Source of the DNA: Candidatus Bathyarchaeota archaeon
GTDB lineage: Archaea; Thermoproteota; Bathyarchaeia; Bathyarchaeales; Bathycorpusculaceae
DNA: 64,000 bases
NCBI GenBank assembly: GCA_963715865.1
Contig: OY970280.1
Coordinates: 1,408,001-1,472,000 of the forward strand
Direction: 5' to 3'
The position numbers and the translations under genes are program-made. The notes under the pieces were generated by a model that did no database searches, was not told the origin of the DNA, and was given only the letters and a program-made list of their open reading frames with translations. Below, piece by piece: positions 57,727-64,000 of this stretch (position 1 is its first letter; each line of letters begins with the position of its first letter).

Positions 57727-58319
57727 TTCAAATCTCCTAAAGTTTTAAAGTTTCCCAAAGATTCACAGACAGGCAAGCGGGGACTTCGAGCGCACGTTAG
57801 CAACAAAGCCTCCAACAATGACAGGAGAGGAGGTGAGTCCGACTCTTGTTTGTTGTTTTTCACCTGCCCGTCTTTTGTGCCTTTTTTACTTTGGGACGCC
57901 TCGATGCAGAAGGCAGCGGGGGACTGATGAAACCGCACCGAAGCGCCCCTGTTGCTTGGGGAATCGGAAGACCGAATCGGGGAACCATGAACCCCTCCGT
58001 GCCGTCACCAGCATGGAAATCTTCCAGCTCCCTGTTGTGGGAAGTAGGAATTGGGAAATGGCGATTTGCCTGCCTTGCAAAAACCAGTGGTTGTGTTGGG
58101 GGATAAAAAAAAATGAAAAGCTCTTATCACGGAATGCTGTTGTTCCTGCATGGCTTTAGGCTCGCTGTTCCCGTTGCCGTCCTCGTAATTCATGCTGTTG
58201 GTGTCTCCTCTGTTGCTGTCACCTTCTCAAGCTCCGCCTCTTTCTCAGGTTTTGCCTCCTCTGTTGCTGGCTGTTCAACTGCGTGTTCTGGTGTCGCTGT
58301 GACGGTTTCAACTGCGGGC

Positions 58320-58577
58320 TCAACGATCGGCATTTCCTCCGTTGCTGTCGGTTGCGGTGCTGTAACGGTTTCCTTTTTCTAATCCAACTTTAGGCTCTTC
58401 CTCTCGTAAATCGACGGTTTCTCCTCGCCTCTTTCTAATTTCAGGAGGAGCCATCTTCCAAGTATTCTCAACCATTTTGGTCAAAACTGCCGTTTCATCT
58501 TTGTTTGTTGTGCATAACATTTTGAATTTCTGCCATGTTTCCGCTGATACATCAACTTTTATTTCCAATTCATTCAC
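58320..58577 (-). CDS. Hypothetical protein (possibly frameshifted into an acidic A/T/E/P-rich tail ending at 58190)
   Basis: GGAGGTG RBS; the +1 frame encodes KETVTAPQPTATEE...TATEETPTA. Confidence 0.55.
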   Translation of the reverse strand: MNELEIKVDVSAETWQKFKMLCTTNKDETAVLTKMVENTWKMAPPEIRKRRGETVDLREEEPKVGLEKGNRYSTATDSNGGNADR

Positions 58578-58583
58578 CTCCGT

Positions 58584-59372
58584 TTAACTCAAAAGAAGTC
58601 CTGTCCTACCGTGCAGTCGATCGTTTACGTCCTGCACTTTCGCCGTGATTTTTTCGTAAAGCGTCGGTGGCAGACCGCTGACTGCCATCTGCTTCGCTAT
58701 TTTTTCTATTGCAGTATAGAAGCGTGCGTATCTCTCCCCTTTTACCTGTTGAATCCAAGCGGTATGCTCCTGCAAGAACGTGTTAAATTGATCAGTTAGA
58801 TACGGGTCGATGCTTAACGCTAACAGTTCCGCACGAGTTTTCTCCTCGAACTCCACGAGTTTCTTAGACTGCTCCTCATCGATCTTCGCTAAATTGCTTT
58901 CCACGGTTCCGTCTAATTCCTCTAACGCGCGAGCTATGATTTCTCGTGGCGGAGACGGAAGTGTTTTAAGATAAAAGTAGATTTCGCCAGGCATTTCGCT
59001 TAGGGTTTTAGCTACCGCGTTTATGTCCGCGCTAACATTCTTACCGCAATCCACGCAAGAGCCAGTAAGGTGAAGTTGAGCGTCCGATGTCCCGCCTCGC
59101 TTTAGAAACGGATCAGCTTCGCTTTTGCGCCGTAGTATTTCCAGCTTGTACAGGGCAGTGAACAAGTCGATCCTTTTATCGCTGATTTCTTCCCAGACCT
59201 TGTTCCGTTCGCTGTTAAGCTGCGACTGCGCTTCAATCGTGGCGAGGATTTCCTCTGTGGCTTTCGGGCTTTGATTGAAAAGTCGTTCAACCGTGTTTTT
59301 TTCACTGCCACACCAACCGCATTTAGGCTTGGCAATTACGGTAACGCTGACGTGCGGATAATTATCGAACAT
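58584..59372 (-). CDS. Hypothetical protein with split CxxC/CxxC and coiled-coil segments
   Basis: CGWC and CVDC; helical composition; coupled to the upstream protease gene. Confidence 0.6.
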   Translation of the reverse strand: MFDNYPHVSVTVIAKPKCGWCGSEKNTVERLFNQSPKATEEILATIEAQSQLNSERNKVWEEISDKRIDLFTALYKLEILRRKSEADPFLKRGGTSDAQLHLTGSCVDCGKNVSADINAVAKTLSEMPGEIYFYLKTLPSPPREIIARALEELDGTVESNLAKIDEEQSKKLVEFEEKTRAELLALSIDPYLTDQFNTFLQEHTAWIQQVKGERYARFYTAIEKIAKQMAVSGLPPTLYEKITAKVQDVNDRLHGRTGLLLS

Positions 59373-59979
59373 GTCTGTTTTTCCTCCAATGTTGAAGTGG
59401 CGTTAGCGGTACAGGTTTTTCCTTTTCATCAGAGGTCGTAACTTGTTCTAATCCTATGCCTTCGTTTATCGGAACCGCTTGCTGTCTGATGCCCTCCATT
59501 AAACCTTCCCATAAATGAACTGTTGCCTGCGGGTTACCAGCATCCATGTTTTGCAGAAAAGAGAATTCATTAAAGTCAAAGGCGTACGGGATTAACTGTC
59601 CTTCCTCCCCTACGATCACGCCTCCACCTGGCTTTGTCCAATCGACGCCTACCGAAACGTGCTTGATGATGCCTTTCCTAATCTTGTCGGCAATGTCGGC
59701 TGTCACGTACCCCTCATAAATCAACTCCCCATCCTTCCAAACGCTGACAGTAATTCGGTTGCCTTCTGGAAGCGGATATGAGTGGTCAATCGTTACACGT
59801 GCCTTAGTCAACGTCGGCGCTGCACGTTCCAGATAAGGCTCGACGTACTGCCGTACTTTAGCCCATTCATTAGGATGGAAGGTTTTGCACGGATGAATTG
59901 CGGAACCTGGGATTTTGAAAAGTTTTCCATCGACGCTTTCAAGAAGCGTTAAGCCATCGCTGTAGAATTCGAGTTTCAT
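59362..59979 (-). CDS. HK97-type prohead (head maturation) protease-like protein
   Basis: G.AIHP..T, AA..L....V.IDH (His), I.KG.I.HVSVG (Ser), F.FNEFSFL...AG.P.A pattern of caudovirus prohead proteases. Confidence 0.72.
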   Translation of the reverse strand: MKLEFYSDGLTLLESVDGKLFKIPGSAIHPCKTFHPNEWAKVRQYVEPYLERAAPTLTKARVTIDHSYPLPEGNRITVSVWKDGELIYEGYVTADIADKIRKGIIKHVSVGVDWTKPGGGVIVGEEGQLIPYAFDFNEFSFLQNMDAGNPQATVHLWEGLMEGIRQQAVPINEGIGLEQVTTSDEKEKPVPLTPLQHWRKNRHVR

Positions 59980-60119
59980 GTCCTTTCCTCCTTTGCTGCC
60001 TGTTCAATTACGTACTCCAAACAATCGCTTTGATTTTTAAAACCGTGCTTCTTCTGAATGGCGCAGAACTTTTCAAAGGCAGGGTCACTTACAGGAATTG
60101 AAAGATTTTTCAAATTCAA
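59976..60119 (-). CDS. CopG/RHH-like DNA-binding protein, 47 aa
   Basis: MNLKNLSIPVSDPAFEKFCAIQKKHGFKNQSDCLEYVIEQAAKEERT; ATGA overlap with the protease start. Confidence 0.65.
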   Translation of the reverse strand: MNLKNLSIPVSDPAFEKFCAIQKKHGFKNQSDCLEYVIEQAAKEERT

Positions 60120-60202
60120 CACGACGCGATTTGTATTTATTGTATGAACAAACATTTATATAACAAAATCGGTTATTATTTAACGCGAAATACACAAAAA
60201 TT

Positions 60203-60625
60203 GTGAAAGAAGGAAAACCCATGTTAACCAAACCAATGAGGAAATACGTTGAAAGCAAAACAAAGGTAGGTTACGACAAACACATGCAAGACGTTTATGA
60301 TGATAGACTTCGAAAATACGCAACCGACGCCCTTAAAGACCTTAAGCTGCTCGCTGAAAAACTGCCTGAAGAACAATTAGAAAAGATTTTCAACGTCGAG
60401 AACACGCAACCGTTTATCGGGGCATTATTAGCCTTGAAAAGCGACAACGAAGCGAAAAGGCGTGAAAGGATTATCGAATTGTGGGACGCCATATTCAAGA
60501 GCATATCGCCCGAATACGGTTTAAAGCTGGTCAGCAGAGACGTTTGGCGTGCCTTAACAATGAGGGAAGACAGGACGCTGCAAGCCATCTACTACGCTGC
60601 ACGGTTCCACGAGCCGAAACCTTAG
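60203..60625 (+). CDS. Hypothetical protein, divergent from the RHH gene (possible regulator)
   Basis: 140-aa helical ORF. Confidence 0.6.
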   Translation: MKEGKPMLTKPMRKYVESKTKVGYDKHMQDVYDDRLRKYATDALKDLKLLAEKLPEEQLEKIFNVENTQPFIGALLALKSDNEAKRRERIIELWDAIFKSISPEYGLKLVSRDVWRALTMREDRTLQAIYYAARFHEPKP

Positions 60626-60777
60626 CCTAAACACTCCGACAATACTATGCAAACGATGTCTAAACACTTCGTACACATCCACTCTTCAAACTCGGGGACG
60701 TAAGTGCATTTACGCTCCTGCTTGCATCTATCACACTTGCAGAGTAACACAAGCGGTTTAAGAAGCGTTACCAGCAT
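60622..60777 (-). CDS. Small Zn-finger protein, 51 aa
   Basis: CDRC...CTKC; overlaps the upstream small ORF. Confidence 0.45.
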   Translation of the reverse strand: MLVTLLKPLVLLCKCDRCKQERKCTYVPEFEEWMCTKCLDIVCIVLSECLG

Positions 60778-60895
60778 AATAACAAACCCAGCCTACCAGC
60801 CACAAAGCGACAACAACAAAAAGAAAAGGGGGAAAGAGAAGTAGTAATGTTCGATTTTTCACCTTCGGTCGGGGTCTATATTGTAATTTATTCAT
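60758..60895 (-). CDS. Small single-TM protein, 45 aa
   Basis: MNKLQYRPRPKVKNRTLLLLFPPFLFVVVALWLVGWVCYYAGNAS; ATGA overlap. Confidence 0.5.
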   Translation of the reverse strand: MNKLQYRPRPKVKNRTLLLLFPPFLFVVVALWLVGWVCYYAGNAS

Positions 60896-61056
60896 TTCGC
60901 TAATCTCCTCGTTAACGCTTGCTTGATCGCTCGGAAGCATTGGTATATGGCGTAAACGCCACCGATCATAAAGCAGCCGACAAGCGCGCAGAAGGCAAGT
61001 GTAATTGTCAGAACAACAGAAAAAAAGAGGAGTTTGTGTTTCCTTTCGGTTTGCAC
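60892..61056 (-). CDS. Small single-TM protein, 54 aa
   Basis: MQTERKHKLLFFSVVLTITLAFCALVGCFMIGGVYAIYQCFRAIKQALTRRLAK. Confidence 0.5.
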   Translation of the reverse strand: MQTERKHKLLFFSVVLTITLAFCALVGCFMIGGVYAIYQCFRAIKQALTRRLAK

Positions 61057-61066
61057 GTTAATCGCC

Positions 61067-61543
61067 TTATCCGCTTGAGCTGTCAGCGCAGCTAAAGGTT
61101 ATCTGAATGTTCGTAGTCCCAGCAGGAGCGTTAGAGGTGGCTGTAAGCGTGAAGCGGAATAGAAACGAATAATCGCCTGTTATTTTAGAGTACGGTCCGA
61201 TGCAGGTGTTCTGCGCCCAAGGATTATCCGTTATTCCCCAAGTGCAGGTCAAGGTGAAACCAGTCGGAACAACCGCCGACCATTCCACGTAAATGGGATC
61301 TCCGCCTATGTTCTTCGCGTATTTGACCTCTGATTGAACACTCTCGCCTCTCGCTAATGTCCCCCAGTTTTGCGCCGTCCAGACGTTTGTGCATGAGATA
61401 TCCGTGTAGAGTTGGAAGTCCCAATTTCCTTGTACGAATACTGTCGTATTTATCTGTCTTGTCTGATAGACCGCTGCGACCGCGACGCCTGCCAACAGAG
61501 CAAGCAACAGCGTTACCGAAACTAACTTCAATTTCCTGTTCAT
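61067..61543 (-). CDS. Secreted beta-sandwich protein (pilin/TasA-like)
   Basis: Signal peptide, extended first strand QTRQINTTVFVQ, NWGTLARGE, KNIG, APAG...I.F. Confidence 0.55.
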   Translation of the reverse strand: MNRKLKLVSVTLLLALLAGVAVAAVYQTRQINTTVFVQGNWDFQLYTDISCTNVWTAQNWGTLARGESVQSEVKYAKNIGGDPIYVEWSAVVPTGFTLTCTWGITDNPWAQNTCIGPYSKITGDYSFLFRFTLTATSNAPAGTTNIQITFSCADSSSG

Positions 61544-61830
61544 CTGTGTTTTTTCTCCTTTTAATCTCGGCTATTCCAAGCCGCAAAATACAATTCGCGG
61601 ATGTTGTTTATTCCGTTTGCTACTCGGCGCGAGAATTAGGTCGGGTTTGGCTAACGGAGGCTAAAGGAACGCCTATTAAAACGGAGTGACATCGTATTTC
61701 TATGATTAACTGAATACGCATGGAGGACTGTAAAAATGAACATAGTTACGAGGTTTCACCTGAAGAAAAACGCATCTTTGCAGGAATACGTGAATTGGGC
61801 TTTAAAGAAACGTAAGGAGGTGAGCGAGAA

Positions 61831-62211
61831 ATGGCAAAGGAATTAGTGAAAAAAGGGAAAAAAACCGTCGTGGTAAGCAGCGATGTTAAACCCGACGCTG
61901 AAACCGCTATTAAACCTGCTGAAACCATTAAGACCGAACAACCGAAAGCTGAAGTGAAAGCGGAAGTGAAAGCAAAGGAAAACGAGAAGCTGCTGGAGGA
62001 ACGAGTGTTAGGGCAGATGAAGCTGCTGGCTGCAAACGGCATTAAAGAATTCACTTCCACCGTTTTAAGGGATAAGTTGAATTTAGACAAGGAAAATGGC
62101 AGGGACATCATACGCAAGGTAATGAAACGGTTGAAAAAAGACGGCAAGATCATTACGGGTGAAAAGACGGTTGGCAAGCTGAAGCGGTACGTTTACAGTT
62201 TAAAGGAGTAA
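61831..62211 (+). CDS. Protein with low-complexity N-terminus and C-terminal wHTH
   Basis: GGAGGTG RBS; TSTVLRDKL...GRDIIRKVMKRLKKDGKI. Confidence 0.6.
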   Translation: MAKELVKKGKKTVVVSSDVKPDAETAIKPAETIKTEQPKAEVKAEVKAKENEKLLEERVLGQMKLLAANGIKEFTSTVLRDKLNLDKENGRDIIRKVMKRLKKDGKIITGEKTVGKLKRYVYSLKE

Positions 62212-62235
62212 GCGGAGTAAAGGAGGTGAGTACGC

Positions 62236-62385
62236 ATGTCAGTTAAAAGTCAGAAGAAGAAACGGGAAAAGCGACAGCGATTCCTTCAACTTGTCAAATG
62301 TCCCTGCTGTCACGCGGAAATAGTGTTCGAGTGGGAAGCCGTCGGCAGCACGACGGTGCAAGAAGAGAGTACGAAAGAACCGTAA
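62236..62385 (+). CDS. Small basic Zn-ribbon protein, 49 aa
   Basis: AGGAGGTG RBS; MSVKSQKKKREKRQRFLQLVKCPCCHAEIVFEWE... Confidence 0.55.
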   Translation: MSVKSQKKKREKRQRFLQLVKCPCCHAEIVFEWEAVGSTTVQEESTKEP

Positions 62386-62565
62386 AAACGCTCGCGCGTT
62401 TTAATGTCTCTTTTTTCTTTTGATTCAGTTTTCTCCGTTATTTGAATTGTATAATCCGAAATTAATTCGGAATATCAATGGATTTTATCCCTGACAAAAA
62501 AGAATAAGCACCCCAGCAATCCTCATGTAAGCGTGAAATAATAAAAAGACTATAGGGCTTAAGCT

Positions 62566-62904
62566 ATGGATAAAAAAGAAGCATCTAAACAACTCGTCGC
62601 AAAAGCCTCAAATCTTGAGGGCTTAATTGATTATCAAGAAGGCTCAGTTGTAAGCCGCACAATAATTGACAAGAAAACAGGAACCATCACGCTGTTTGCG
62701 TTTGATGAAAATCAAGGCTTAAGCGAGCACACTGCACCCTACGATGCAATGGTTTATGTTCTTGACGGCGAAGTGGACGTTACCATATCAGGCAAGCCTA
62801 TCAGGCTAAAGCAGGGTGAAATGACCATTATGCCTGCTAACGAGCCGCATGCTTTAACCGCAAAAACAAAGTTCAAAATGCTTCTAACAATGATAAAATC
62901 TTAA
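62566..62904 (+). CDS. Cupin-domain protein
   Basis: FAFDENQGLSEHTAP, MPANEPHAL. Confidence 0.9.
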   Translation: MDKKEASKQLVAKASNLEGLIDYQEGSVVSRTIIDKKTGTITLFAFDENQGLSEHTAPYDAMVYVLDGEVDVTISGKPIRLKQGEMTIMPANEPHALTAKTKFKMLLTMIKS

Positions 62905-63520
62905 CCAAACTTCCAACCCCACTTATTCTTGAAACAATAATCGCCAAGCAGTTTTTTAGGCGGCACAGGCGGTTTCTCAGCGGGATAACCCATAGCAATC
63001 AACGCCTCAGGCTCAACCTCATCAGGAATTTTCAGCACTCTCCTAACGGTTTCTTTACAAAAACTCGGCGCACAAAACCAGCATGCACCCAAACCCTTTG
63101 CATGCGCCGCCAACAGCAGGTTTTGCAAGGCTGCCCCTAAACTTTGCATTGCCAAATCTCGCTCGCTGTTTTGCCTCTTTTTATCGGAAAATTTCATCAT
63201 TCCATCCATGGTTAAGCAAGCAAGTATAAGCACGGGCGCGGTTGCGAACCGTTCGACCCTAACCTTGAATTTTTCTGGCTTCAATTTTTAAGCCGTCTTT
63301 AGCCATGTCAGCAGCCCAAGATTCAGCCATAGCCTCTGCCAATTCCCGCTTAACCGACTCGTCAGCTAAAACTATGAATCGCCATGGTTGAGCGTTATGC
63401 GCTGAAGGCGCCCAACCTGCAGCCTCCAAAAATTCTTTAATCAGCTTCTTGTGGAACAGGGTGGGCTTGATATTTTCTGATGCTTCGCCGCTCTTTAATC
63501 GCGTCAAACAGGTTTGACAT
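62901..63520 (-). pseudogene. Nitroreductase family protein (FbiB C-terminal-like) with two frameshifts
   Basis: ATG 63520 gives MSNLFDAIKERRSIRKY; shifts near 63450 and at the T5 run 63285-63289; WAPSAHNAQPWRF, QNLLLAAHAKGLGACW. Confidence 0.8.
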
Positions 63521-63553
63521 GATAATAGTGTATGTTTGCTTTCTTTTTATCTC

Positions 63554-64000
63554 TTAAATGCTTAAAGCTCGGTTAGGCTCTAAAATAACCTTCAAGGATT
63601 GCCCTGCTTCAGCCATCAACCTGAAGCCTTCCTGCGCCTCGCCTAAACTGAGCCTATGCGTTATCATGTCTTTAACATTCAAGTTTTGTTGCTAAAACAG
63701 GATCGAATCTTCCAAGTCGTTTGGTGCGGCTCCATAGCTGGTTCGCATGGTTATTTCGTTTCTCCAGAACTGGTTAATCGGAACTGGAAGCTTCACGCTT
63801 GGGTCAGGCACTGCAAAAAACAGGATGGTTCCGCCATTATCCACGCAGTCCAACGCTGATAACGCCGCTGAAGTGGCACCCGTGCAGACAATCACTTGGT
63901 CTGCTAAGCTGTCCCTCGTTTACTTCTTTAAGTTTTCTGGGGCAAGTTATCTTTTGCGTCTAAGGCGTGTGATTGCGCCGAATTTCTTGGCAAGCTTCAG
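63554..64000 (-). pseudogene. C-terminal part of a Zn-dependent alcohol/threonine dehydrogenase-like gene, multiply frameshifted
   Basis: AKKFGA, VIVCTGA, GGTILFFA, DMITHRLSL.EAQEGF...SLKVIL occur in shifting frames. Confidence 0.7.

Larger units (their letters stand above)
53950..62486. mobile_element. Integrated ~8.5-kb tyrosine-integrase element in the msrB 3' end (candidate virus satellite or reduced provirus)
   Basis: 16-bp direct repeat AATATCAATGGATTTT at 53950-53965 and 62471-62486; the displaced msrB tail ATC CCT GAC AAA AAA GAA TAA follows the right copy; integrase next to the left copy. Confidence 0.9.

Noticed and set aside
57723-58193. Overlapping short ORFs in the element
   Set aside because: The ATGA overlaps hint at real genes, but starts and frames cannot be resolved from sequence alone.
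53950-62486. SSV1-type split integrase or tRNA-targeted integration
   Set aside because: The integrase ORF is whole, no fragment lies at attR, and the core is in msrB. The only tRNA seen (35015) has no duplicated 3' end nearby.
62901-64000. Clustered frameshifts in the nitroreductase and dehydrogenase genes as programmed recoding or real decay
   Set aside because: Many single-base indels in the last 1.1 kb fit low-coverage sequence quality better; read data are needed.
1-64000. CRISPR array or cas genes
   Set aside because: I saw no run of regularly spaced repeats with unique spacers. The GTCAAG palindromes occur only as pairs.

Overview
Archaeal chromosomal segment. The gene set (TACK-type housekeeping genes, a diphthamide-less EF-2 paralog, expanded PQQ-like beta-propeller surface proteins) points to Bathyarchaeia; this is inference and was not confirmed by a search. 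The backbone holds thiolase/DUF35, cbiB/cobD, dph5, ribL, ribK, htpX, pckG, archaeal AsnA with an Lrp regulator, GGR, rpsJ, purE/purC/purP x2, an EF-2 paralog, OGG, an intron-containing tRNA(CAU), AOR plus ferredoxin, Rqc2/NFACT, radA and msrB. Two accessory elements have ends that can be read directly from the sequence. (1) A 3,679-bp IS6-family cargo transposon (20987-24665) has imperfect 28-bp terminal inverted repeats, an exact 8-bp target duplication, a frameshift-split SWIM-finger/DDE transposase and six unknown passenger genes. (2) An ~8.5-kb tyrosine-integrase element sits in the 3' end of msrB (16-bp att core at 53950 and 62471). It encodes an AAA+/wHTH protein, an orphan HK97-type prohead protease, a pilin-like secreted protein and several tiny membrane or Zn-finger proteins, but no recognisable capsid, portal or terminase, so it is a candidate archaeal virus satellite. 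Other signals: a conserved structured non-coding trailer after both beta-propeller genes, a near-identical duplicated ferredoxin gene tail, a shared tandem GTCAAG-N4-CTTGAC palindrome upstream of two surface-protein genes, a HEPN-MNT pair, a DUF4011 gene start and several frameshifted genes. All assignments come from motif recognition by eye; no database searches were run.
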